From the NCBI GenBank assembly GCA_000993115.1, contig LBVN01000001.1, positions 19,924 to 83,923 of the forward strand: 64,000 bases of DNA. The letters run 5' to 3'. The notes beneath the pieces were generated by a model that searched no databases, was not told where the DNA came from, and saw only the letters and a list, made by a program, of their open reading frames with translations. The DNA is from Candidatus Woesebacteria bacterium GW2011_GWB1_38_8b (GTDB lineage: Bacteria > Patescibacteriota > Microgenomatia > UBA8517). Positions 39,384 through 48,404 of the stretch are shown here, in pieces (positions within the stretch are counted from its first letter, which is position 1; each line of letters starts with the position of its first letter). The translations under genes and the position numbers were made by a program.

Positions 39384-40289
39384 CTAATTAAATGCAGACT
39401 GAGTTTTTTCTTTTTTGGATAATCGGCCGAGGAGAAATGCAAAAACAGAGATCAAAAACATAACTACCGCGATCAAAATAAAGACAAAGTAATTGGTATG
39501 TTTTTGTAAGACCGGGATTTCAGTCGTCCCCTCTCCTAACACCTCCGGATTATTTTCGGAAATATTGCTTGGAAAAACAAATTTTTCTTCATTTGATTTG
39601 AGAGTTCTTTCTTCTTGATTCGATGCGAGGATCTTATCTACGGCTTTAGTTGGTTTGGGTTTTTCATTGTTTAAAATGGCATTGAGTGAACTTGCATTTG
39701 TAAGTGTCAAGCTATTTACGCTTTCCAAAACATCAATTCCGGCCTTATTTACAACATTTGTATCGTTTGTCATTCCGGCTTCATACGTAAAGGAAAAAAC
39801 TGATTTCGAATTTTCCGATTTGCTTTTAAAATATATTGTTGTAAGTCTGGCGGTGCTACCCGAAAAGTATTTTCCAAAGTCGTTGGAAAAAGCAACCTTT
39901 AATTTTCCTGAATTGTTATCAATAATTTCTTTAGCTTTGTATGTTAAGAGTCCGTAATCGGATATGTTTGTCAGTTCGATATTATTTGGATCGAAACTCA
40001 TTACCAGATCAACACCAACAATTTCTTCTTTCCCCGGGTTAAGATAGATATCGACTGAGCTGTTCGAGTCTTTTTTTAAAGAAATTGAATCGGGAGAAAA
40101 AGATAACGACGGAATGCTATCCGCTTTGACGGGTGAAACACATAACCAAAACAACAAAACCGCAATATTTATACTGAAAAATTTATTGAATTTACTTGCG
40201 AAATCTACGGACTTTAGTCTGTAGATGAAGCAAGAATCTAATCTTGTCGACAAAATACCATGGTCTTCAGCCTGTGGTAGTTTATTCAT
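39384..40289 (-). CDS. Cohesin protein with C-terminal TM anchor (anchoring scaffoldin-like)
   Basis: VDIYLNPGKEEIVGVDLVMSFDPNNIEL...TNDTNVV; VLG motif, TM and basic tail; N-terminus carries a 30-codon palindrome insertion. Confidence 0.8.
   Translation of the reverse strand: MNKLPQAEDHGILSTRLDSCFIYRLKSVDFASKFNKFFSINIAVLLFWLCVSPVKADSIPSLSFSPDSISLKKDSNSSVDIYLNPGKEEIVGVDLVMSFDPNNIELTNISDYGLLTYKAKEIIDNNSGKLKVAFSNDFGKYFSGSTARLTTIYFKSKSENSKSVFSFTYEAGMTNDTNVVNKAGIDVLESVNSLTLTNASSLNAILNNEKPKPTKAVDKILASNQEERTLKSNEEKFVFPSNISENNPEVLGEGTTEIPVLQKHTNYFVFILIAVVMFLISVFAFLLGRLSKKEKTQSAFN
40195..40284 (+). mobile_element. 90-bp double-hairpin element inserted in frame
   Basis: Homologous to 57886..57987; TTTA on both sides; removing it restores MNKFNKFFSINIAVLLFWLCVSPVKA. 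Confidence 0.75.
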
Positions 40290-41829
40290 CTTCCCTGAAG
40301 AAATTATTGACTAAAATCCAAAAGTCGTAAGAATTTACAATTCCGTCTTTGTTGTAATCAGATGGTCCTGTCAAAAACCAATTCTGATACATTATTGCGA
40401 CATCGATATTATTAACAATTCCGTCATCGTTTAGATCCCCTGCAACTAAATTTCCGAAATTCAAAACGTTTGTCCCCTCAAGAAGAGTCTGCGAAATTCT
40501 TCTCCTCAAAAATCCCGATGATTTAAGCCTAAAGAAAAGTTCAGAATTTAAATAGGTATAATCAAGTTGCCAAGTTTGTGAATTTCCGTCATTATCAGTT
40601 GTAAAATTTTGCAGCCAAGTGTCATCGACTATTTCCACCGACCCTGATGCAACGTGTCCAATTGCAAGATTTTCGGAAGGAGTCTTTAGGTTTAAATAAG
40701 CAAATACATCTAATCCCAAAATATCCAAAATTGCACCGTTTGTAGTTTGTAAGATATCCTCTCCGTTTGTTGCAATTACGTTACTTTCAGATTTATCACC
40801 GAGAGTAAAATTAAAATTAAGCTCGGTTAGTCCGATTATTTTTGGTTTAACTGTTATACTCGCAACAATACCTCCTGAATTTATACTTTGTTGAGGAGTT
40901 TGGGTTGCCGAAATTCTTAAAATTCCGGGGGAACTGTTATTAAAAATAAAATTTCCACTAAAAAGACCGCTACTTGAAACGTTTATAATATCAACAGCCA
41001 GCGGATCGTAATTAATAACCGCGTCAACTCCAATTATCGGTGAAGATATTAATAAACTCAGGTCAACTTGGGATTCTTTCGTTATTTTAAATTCCCCGTT
41101 CGGAAAAAGCGATAAAGTTGCAGGCTGATTTGCTATCGGAGTAGGAGTTGGGGTAACTGTCGCCGTGGGTGTTGGTGTTGGTGTCTCAGTTTGAGTTGGT
41201 GTAACCGTGGGTGTAAAAGTCGGTGTATTTGTTGGAGTAAGTGTTGGGGTAGGAGAATCAGTTGGTGTTAACGTTGCAGTCGGAGTTTGGGTCGGGGCGT
41301 CAAATGAAATGTCAAAGTTCTGACTCCCAACAGTTAATTGTTGGGCAGCCATGTTAACAACACTAAAATTTTGAGTATTGAAAGTCAAAGAAGTACCACC
41401 TGAAGGTGTTCCTGTTTTATTAAATTCCAAAGTTGCCAATTCAAACTCTCCGCTTGGAGGATTGGCAACGTCTGCCGGCGACAATCCCAATACTATTGTT
41501 ACTACCCCATTTGCATTTGCATCGGCGACATTTGTAACAATTATTTGGTTTTTTAAAGGTCCTGTTGCCGCAACCGGTGCTGATAAACTCAGCTTAGTTT
41601 TGTCAAATGAAATTTCCACCGAAACAAATCCAATTAACTCGGAACCTGAATTAAGCATAATTTTGTAAGACCCACTTGTTAAAGTTGATAAATCATTTGG
41701 ACCTGTAATAAAAAGATTCGCTTGCGGTGTTTGCGCAGAAGTATTGATAATTTTTGTAAGAATTACAATTAAGCCAACAAAAACCAGCGCATAAAATTTC
41801 TTACCATGTAAATTCTTCAAAAAATTCAT
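40282..41829 (-). CDS. Two-cohesin scaffoldin-like protein with PT linker and divergent C-terminal dockerin
   Basis: Signal peptide; cohesin 1 (LIGFVSVEISFDK), PT linker, cohesin 2 (IIGVDAVINYDP); GDLNDDGIVNNID...SDYNKDGIVNSYD. Confidence 0.8.
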   Translation of the reverse strand: MNFLKNLHGKKFYALVFVGLIVILTKIINTSAQTPQANLFITGPNDLSTLTSGSYKIMLNSGSELIGFVSVEISFDKTKLSLSAPVAATGPLKNQIIVTNVADANANGVVTIVLGLSPADVANPPSGEFELATLEFNKTGTPSGGTSLTFNTQNFSVVNMAAQQLTVGSQNFDISFDAPTQTPTATLTPTDSPTPTLTPTNTPTFTPTVTPTQTETPTPTPTATVTPTPTPIANQPATLSLFPNGEFKITKESQVDLSLLISSPIIGVDAVINYDPLAVDIINVSSSGLFSGNFIFNNSSPGILRISATQTPQQSINSGGIVASITVKPKIIGLTELNFNFTLGDKSESNVIATNGEDILQTTNGAILDILGLDVFAYLNLKTPSENLAIGHVASGSVEIVDDTWLQNFTTDNDGNSQTWQLDYTYLNSELFFRLKSSGFLRRRISQTLLEGTNVLNFGNLVAGDLNDDGIVNNIDVAIMYQNWFLTGPSDYNKDGIVNSYDFWILVNNFFREDE

Positions 41830-41895
41830 TAATTATCGAAGGCAGTTTGGGGCAAGTACTATCCAAAATCCATAATAGCAGAAATATTATTCAGG

Positions 41896-43731
41896 TCAAG
41901 TTTTGGAATCTACACTCATATATGCTTTTGCCTGAAGATTAAAAAGTCTTGAATACTTTCCACCCCTTTTCATTAATTTATTGTGATCACCCTCCTCAAT
42001 AATCTTTCCTCCGTCAATCACGATAATTTTATCTGCGTCTTTTACGGTCGAGAACCTGTGAGATATAAACAGTAAACTTTTATCCCGGTAAAGCTTGTGA
42101 ATATTACTAAAAATTTGATGTTCTGCCTCCGCGTCAATTGCACTTGTCGGCTCGTCAAGAACTAAAATAGGAGCCCCTTCATAAAAAGCCCGTGCAATTG
42201 CCAATTTCTGCCATTGGCCTTGCGATAAATCAGTACCTTCCTCGTATTCTTTCCCCAATTGCTGGTCAAATTTTTTAGGAAATTTTTCTATAAATTCATA
42301 AGCTCCGCTTTTTTTCGCCGAGTCAATAAGTTTATCTTCATCAAATTTCGAGGGGTCTCCCAAAATAATATTTTCCTTAATCGTAAAACTGTATTTTTCA
42401 AAATCCTGGAAAAGTGTTCCCAGACGTCCGTACCAATCGCTTAATTTAACATCTTTAATATTTACTCCATTAATTAATATTTCGCCTTTGGTTACGTCGT
42501 AAAACCTGCAAAGAAGCTTAACAATTGTCGTCTTTCCGGCACCATTTTTTCCGACCAACGCAACATTTTCCTTTGAATTAACTTTAAACGAAATATTTTT
42601 TAAAACGCTTTTTCTCGCTCCCTGATATTTAAACCATACATTTTTAAATTCAATTTCCGGAGGATTCGGAGTGACCGGTAACAAGGTTGGTTTAACCTTC
42701 TCCTTAATAATCTTGGGCAAATTCAAAATTTCAAAAAAATGATTGACGTATAAATTGTTTTCATACATCCAACCAAGGTTTCCAACCATTCCGCCAACTG
42801 ACTCTACAGTTCTACTTAGCATTTCAACGAAAAATGAAAAAGTACCAACGGTCATTGCTCCCGACAAAACGAGAGGAAGTTGTTTATATGCAAAGGTAAA
42901 TATGACAACCGACTCAACCAGATTCGGCAATGAAGCAAGTGTCACATATTTTTCTATCGGCTTTTTATTTCGCTTATACAATTCCTCCTGAATACTTCTG
43001 TATTTCTCAAGAAGTGCTTTCCCTGACTGAAAAATTCTTGATTCGATAATTGACCTTTGCTGTTTAAGGAGCCATTGCAAATACCACAATTTACGGACAT
43101 TCTCTGCACCGCTGCCCCAAATGGACCATTGCAAACTTCCCATTTTTGTCCGCAGATAAATTCTGGGTATAGCAAAAAAAGAAACAATTATCGGGTAATA
43201 CCAACCAAATCCCAGAAGCAAAATAAAAGACGAGATAAAAGAAACAAAATTATTAAATAGATAAGAGAATGCCCTTAAAAAATCCGGTGGTCTCCAGGTC
43301 AATGTATCACTTGCTTTTGTAATTAAATTTTGCGTTTCAGAGTTTTCCAAATGTTGCAAGTCAAGATTGGACATTTTTTCCACAAAAATAATATTCAATT
43401 TGTTTTGCAATCGGTATCGAAGAAGATAATCAAAATAAGTTTCTTTTAAAACCCAACTGGTTAAGTCCCAACACCAATTCGAAACATATCGAAGTGCCAA
43501 AATCGAAATTAAAACCGTAGGTATACTGACTGCAATTCCTTGGTTAGAAACTACACCATCAATCAATAACTTAAAAATATAGCTGGCAATAATCGGAAAA
43601 AAAGCACTTAATCCGGCAGTCGCGTAGTACCCGACAGTCAAGAACTTATCGGCTCCATAAGAAAGTGAGAGCATTTTGTGTAAATTTTCCAAAACGTTTG
43701 TGATTGTTTGATACCATTTTTTGGTCGTCAT
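41896..43731 (-). CDS. ABC transporter, fused permease/ATPase
   Basis: TM domain; GKNGAGKTT, LSQGQWQKLAIARA, LDEPTSA, SHR. Confidence 0.95.
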   Translation of the reverse strand: MTTKKWYQTITNVLENLHKMLSLSYGADKFLTVGYYATAGLSAFFPIIASYIFKLLIDGVVSNQGIAVSIPTVLISILALRYVSNWCWDLTSWVLKETYFDYLLRYRLQNKLNIIFVEKMSNLDLQHLENSETQNLITKASDTLTWRPPDFLRAFSYLFNNFVSFISSFILLLGFGWYYPIIVSFFAIPRIYLRTKMGSLQWSIWGSGAENVRKLWYLQWLLKQQRSIIESRIFQSGKALLEKYRSIQEELYKRNKKPIEKYVTLASLPNLVESVVIFTFAYKQLPLVLSGAMTVGTFSFFVEMLSRTVESVGGMVGNLGWMYENNLYVNHFFEILNLPKIIKEKVKPTLLPVTPNPPEIEFKNVWFKYQGARKSVLKNISFKVNSKENVALVGKNGAGKTTIVKLLCRFYDVTKGEILINGVNIKDVKLSDWYGRLGTLFQDFEKYSFTIKENIILGDPSKFDEDKLIDSAKKSGAYEFIEKFPKKFDQQLGKEYEEGTDLSQGQWQKLAIARAFYEGAPILVLDEPTSAIDAEAEHQIFSNIHKLYRDKSLLFISHRFSTVKDADKIIVIDGGKIIEEGDHNKLMKRGGKYSRLFNLQAKAYMSVDSKT

Positions 43732-43816
43732 ACGACAAATTATAATTCAAATTATTAAACAGGTTAAGACCAAACAAATACTTCGGTAATTGTTCGGATT
43801 GTGTTAAAATCTTCTC

Positions 43817-44977
43817 ATGCAAAAGCCACTTCCTGATTTACTTCGGCCAAACAAATTAAGTGATTTTATCGGGCAGGAACATTTGGTTGGAAAAGATGGA
43901 ATTATTACTAAATTGCTAAACGACAAAGCAAACAATAATTTTGTTCCGTCAATGATTTTTTGGGGACCACCGGGAGTCGGGAAAACGACACTGGCAAGAA
44001 TTATTGCCAACACCCTAAAGCGCGATTTTTACGAATTTTCGGCTGTTAACACTTCAAGTAAAGAAATCCAGAAAGTTGTTGACAAAATCCATGGAATCTC
44101 TCCATTTGTTTTTATTGACGAAATTCACAGATTTAATAAAGCCCAGCAGGACAGACTTCTTCCCCACGTCGAAAAAGGAAGCATTATTTTAATCGGTGCA
44201 ACGACAGAAAATCCAAGTTTCGAAGTTATAGGACCGCTTCTTTCAAGAACCAGAGTCATCGTGCTTCATCAATTAGACGAAAATAATCTAAATAAAATTC
44301 TAAAAAAAGGGCTTGCGTACGTTAAGAAAACTATTGATAAAAAAGCTAATAATTTTTTGATTGAAGCCAGCAACGGTGATGCAAGAATTTTGTTAAACAC
44401 ACTTGAAATTGCGGCTTCGCTGTCAACAAATCGTCAGCTAACTACTTCAGATATTGAACTTGCCCTCCAAAGGCGATATTTATCGTTTGACAAGCAGGGT
44501 GAGGAGTTTTACAACGTAATTTCAGCTTTTATTAAATCAATGAGGGCTAGCGACGTTAACGCTGCGCTTTATTATTTGGCCCGGATGGTTGCGGCAGGGC
44601 AGGATCCTTTATACATTGCAAGAAGAATGGTTGTATTTGCGTCTGAGGATGTTGCCTCACCTACAGCTTTGGTTGTTGCAAATGCAGTGTTCCAAGCCTG
44701 CCAGCAAATTGGGTATCCGGAGTGTCAGGAAAATTTGGCAGCAGGAGTGGTTTATTTGACAACCGCAAAAAAGGACAGACGGGCATATGATGCATACATG
44801 ACAGCCCTTGGTGATGTTCAAAAACTGGGAAATTTGCCCGTTCCCATGAACATCCGAAACGCTCCTACAAAATTAATGAAAGAGTTGGGATACGGAAAGG
44901 GATATGAAAAGTACACGAAGGAAAGCTTACTTCCGGATAAAATAAAGGGTAAAAAGTATTATATTATTGAAAAATAG
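43817..44977 (+). CDS. rarA: Replication-associated recombination protein A (MgsA/RarA)
   Basis: [44 protein letters not shown]. Confidence 0.95.
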   Translation: MQKPLPDLLRPNKLSDFIGQEHLVGKDGIITKLLNDKANNNFVPSMIFWGPPGVGKTTLARIIANTLKRDFYEFSAVNTSSKEIQKVVDKIHGISPFVFIDEIHRFNKAQQDRLLPHVEKGSIILIGATTENPSFEVIGPLLSRTRVIVLHQLDENNLNKILKKGLAYVKKTIDKKANNFLIEASNGDARILLNTLEIAASLSTNRQLTTSDIELALQRRYLSFDKQGEEFYNVISAFIKSMRASDVNAALYYLARMVAAGQDPLYIARRMVVFASEDVASPTALVVANAVFQACQQIGYPECQENLAAGVVYLTTAKKDRRAYDAYMTALGDVQKLGNLPVPMNIRNAPTKLMKELGYGKGYEKYTKESLLPDKIKGKKYYIIEK

Positions 44978-44982
44978 CTAAA

Positions 44983-45381
44983 GTGAAAACTAAAAATAAT
45001 ACATTGGAATCTAGTATCCAAAAAATAAATGATTTCAATAAAGCCCGTGGTTGGAATCCCTTACCCTCCGATCTGGCAAAATCTATTGTTCTTGAAGCAG
45101 CAGAACTTCTCGAACATTTCCAATGGGATGACACAAATTCCAAATCAAAAAACGAAATTTTAAAAAATAAAAATTGGGAAGAGATCGGCGAGGAGGTTGC
45201 TGACGTATTTTGGTATTTAGTTAATTTTTGTAATAAGTCGGGTATCGATTTAAATAATGCAGTTTTGGATAAGCTTGAAAAAAACGAGATAAAATATCCG
45301 GCTAAAATGTTTAATGGCAAACACAACGAAAAATTCTATCGGGAACAAAAAAGAAAATATCGCGAGAAAAAGAAAAAATAA
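44983..45381 (+). CDS. MazG-like nucleotide pyrophosphohydrolase
   Basis: DLAKSIVLEAAELLEHFQW...EEVADV...KYP. Confidence 0.9.
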   Translation: MKTKNNTLESSIQKINDFNKARGWNPLPSDLAKSIVLEAAELLEHFQWDDTNSKSKNEILKNKNWEEIGEEVADVFWYLVNFCNKSGIDLNNAVLDKLEKNEIKYPAKMFNGKHNEKFYREQKRKYREKKKK

Positions 45382-45561
45382 AGATAAAAAATTAAGGGTT
45401 CCAAAATTAATACTTTTGATATAAAATTACTAAATAATAATTTGTTTGGGTGTCAAACTTTCGGAAATAAAAACTTCTTTCGGATTTAGAAATAATTTAG
45501 ATAACTAAAAAACCAAAAACCTTAAGACATCTTTACAAATCTGTTATATTCTCAAATATAC

Positions 45562-45978
45562 ATGGCTGATTCAATTGAAAATAAATTGGGTGAATTAAAA
45601 GAAGTAGCTGAGAAAATGTTTGGTGTTATTCCAACAGGCACTTACGTAGAAAGACGAGGATGCGGATTGAATCCAAAAGACTGTGGATTTCGAGGTCATT
45701 TGGTTGGAACCAGAAATCGGGGAGTATTCCCTACTTGCATATCTCATCTAAAAAACGGAAGCAACCGTGAAATCGTGACATTAATTGATTTAAATGGGTA
45801 CGTAGTAACAAGACAGCAGGATATAGTTTTTTGTAGTGTGAAAAACGGCGAGGAAGCAAAAAATGAAGACTCTGATCCCCTCTTACGAAAGTTTAGAAAA
45901 TATTTACCAAAACTGACTTCTGACTTCCAAGGTCTAACTTCCTACTTCAATTTTCTCTTTCCTTATTCATTTTCTTAA
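45562..45978 (+). CDS. Hypothetical protein
   Basis: 138 aa ORF with ATG start and several Cys; no motif recognised. Confidence 0.5.
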   Translation: MADSIENKLGELKEVAEKMFGVIPTGTYVERRGCGLNPKDCGFRGHLVGTRNRGVFPTCISHLKNGSNREIVTLIDLNGYVVTRQQDIVFCSVKNGEEAKNEDSDPLLRKFRKYLPKLTSDFQGLTSYFNFLFPYSFS

Positions 45979-46232
45979 TAACCATCACAATTAGGACTGG
46001 TAACCATGCTTATCAGCTGCACCCTTGTACCACTACCTAAACTAACCCTTTTTCCTCGACAATTTTTCACCAAAATTCGATTATTGGTTGATTGTTTTGT
46101 TCCTTCGGGATAATCCACAACTCGTCCATAAAACTCCTTATGGGGATGTGTACCACCTTTTGAACGAGAGTGAACAACAACTTCATCGCCAGGATACAAT
46201 TCGCTCGCTTCAATTAAATTTACTTTTGCCAT
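45975..46232 (-). CDS. Small hypothetical protein (possibly SH3-like beta fold)
   Basis: RBS GAGGTGA upstream; ASELYPGDEVVV...GRVV. Confidence 0.55.
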   Translation of the reverse strand: MAKVNLIEASELYPGDEVVVHSRSKGGTHPHKEFYGRVVDYPEGTKQSTNNRILVKNCRGKRVSLGSGTRVQLISMVTSPNCDGY

Positions 46233-46250
46233 TAAAACTTCACCTCTTCT

Positions 46251-47425
46251 CTACAAACTATCTTGCTTTCTGACCTCAATCTTCTCTTTTCCAATCCATT
46301 TTCTCAAAACTTCGGGTACGGTTACTGAACCATCTTCGTTTTGATAATTTTCCAAAATTGCAATAACAATTCTGCCGATCGCAAAGGCGGTGGCATCGTT
46401 CATATACACAAACTCAGTTTTATCTCCCTTTCTAACCTTAGTATTCAATCTTCGTGATTGGTAATCTGTCATGTAATCAGAAGTATGAGTTTCTCTATAT
46501 TTGTCTTGCCCGGGCAACCATGTTTCAATATCCATTTGTCGGTAATCCGGCCCACCCATATCCCCGGTACAAATTTCCACAACTTGATAGGGAAGCCTTT
46601 TGTATCTTTCCCGTAAGAGCCCGCTTCCCTTCTGAATGCCGTTGAAAAACCAATATATCGAATTGGTAAATCTTTTTCTAAAAGAGTTTCGTCCATGTGC
46701 AGTGGTCCTAATGTATGTTCAGCGCTTCCGATTAAATAGACGTCATCTGAGGGAATATAGTATCGTTCTTCTTTTGGATAAAGCCTACCCATCCGATCGA
46801 ACACCTCAGGTTTAATCATTACAGGCGGAACGACAGGAATAAAAGGTTTAGGGTTATATCCTTCCTCAACCTTATTTGCAATTTCCCTCAGGGTGCTTTC
46901 ATTTGTTAATGTTTCAAATACAAGTTGGACAATCGCGTATTCTATTAACACAGCCTCCCCCATTAGATATCCAAATCTCGTTCCGGTAATTTTTCCAGCT
47001 TTCTCAATATTTATTAGACCCAATTTTTCTCCAATTCCTACATGATCAAATGGTTTGAAATTAAATTTGGTCGGTTCACCCCATTTTCGAATTACTTTAT
47101 TTTCGGTATCATCCTTCCCAATTTTTACATCATCAGCTGCAGGATTTGGTAATTTTTTCAGAATTTCAAAATACTCAGAGTCGATTTTTTCCAATTCCGG
47201 TTCCAACTTTTGCAGCTCAACCTTTAATCTTTTACCCGATTCAATGTCCTTATTTTTTGCCGCAGTGTTTCTGTCGGCTCTCAATTTTTCAACCTGACTT
47301 AAAAGCTCACGTTTCTTCCCATCCAATTCCAATACTTTATCAACTAAAGCAGGATCATAATTTTTATCAGTGACGCCTTTTTTTATTTTGTCCGGATTAT
47401 CACGGATAATTTGTATATCTAACAT
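46251..47425 (-). pseudogene. serS: Seryl-tRNA synthetase disrupted by an internal deletion and frameshift (possibly an assembly error)
   Basis: MLDI..IR, SAEH, FRREAGSYGKDTKG joined directly and out of frame to LPYQVVEICTGDMG at 46595/46596. Confidence 0.85.
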
Positions 47426-47503
47426 ATTTGTATTTTAACTCCTTTTGTTTCTAAATTCTTTATTAATTTGAGGCTACATTCTTTCAAGAGAAACTGAAGG
47501 TTC

Positions 47504-48085
47504 TCAAAGCCCTAAATACCCACTTATCCCCTGCATAGCGGTGAGTGCAATTTCTATAAATTCGGAAAGAGGAATTCCAAGTCTTTCACTGCAAAGCTCA
47601 ATTTGTCTCCTATCAACACCTGCGCAAAAACTGGGGGAATTCCATTTTTTCATAACGGAATCGACAGTAACTGAAGCCAGTTTTTTATCGGGTTTAACAA
47701 GTGCTGTTGCAACTATCAATCCTGTCAATTCATCACAGGTATAAAGCGCCCACTGCATTGGTGTAACCGGCTCAGGTGCATTTTCCAAATATCCCCAGGC
47801 ATGAGAGGCAATTGCGCTTGTAACATCTGAGTGAACATCAAACAGTCGGAGCCACTCCAGAATTTTTTTTGTGTGATCGGTTTTTGCTGTTTCTTTTGTA
47901 ACTTCATAATCCGCATCATGCAAAAGTCCTGCAATTTTCCACCTCTCGCGTTCTTCATCTTTATTCTCGACATTAAGTCGGTCGTAAAGTGCCCCCATTA
48001 CTGCCTCAACCGCATAGCAGTGCTTGCGCAGGTTTTGATTCCGCATATTCTCATGCAGTAATTTTATTGCTTGTTCTCTTGTCAT
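47504..48085 (-). CDS. HDIG-domain phosphohydrolase
   Basis: NLRKHCYAVEAVM, GLLHDADYE, SH, DELTGLI. Confidence 0.9.
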   Translation of the reverse strand: MTREQAIKLLHENMRNQNLRKHCYAVEAVMGALYDRLNVENKDEERERWKIAGLLHDADYEVTKETAKTDHTKKILEWLRLFDVHSDVTSAIASHAWGYLENAPEPVTPMQWALYTCDELTGLIVATALVKPDKKLASVTVDSVMKKWNSPSFCAGVDRRQIELCSERLGIPLSEFIEIALTAMQGISGYLGL

Positions 48086-48387
48086 TTTTTTACTTTAACA
48101 ATTCTTTGCACAATATAAATGGTGACTGCCGACATCACAAATAGCACTGTAAACCAAACACCAGTGTTCACTATAGCATCTACCATATTACACGGAATCA
48201 ACTTAGACGAGCACATGGACGAACAAACAACCTCGCCGTACTGATTTCCCCAACAATCACCACCCCATTCGAAAAATAATTTGTTTGGAAATTGCGTATA
48301 AATTCCAGTTGTATATGACAATATAAACAAAACAAAAACATAGCAAAAACCAAAAAGTATTTTAAATCGACTAGTTATTGTTTTCAC
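48082..48387 (-). CDS. Small two-TM membrane protein with Cys-rich loop
   Basis: Two hydrophobic segments; in line between lysS and the HD gene. Confidence 0.55.
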   Translation of the reverse strand: MKTITSRFKILFGFCYVFVLFILSYTTGIYTQFPNKLFFEWGGDCWGNQYGEVVCSSMCSSKLIPCNMVDAIVNTGVWFTVLFVMSAVTIYIVQRIVKVKK

Positions 48388-48404
48388 CTTTCAATGAAAA
48401 TACT

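Noticed and set aside
46469-46600. Programmed ribosomal frameshift in serS
   Set aside because: Conserved catalytic sequence is absent at the junction, so a frameshift could not restore the protein.
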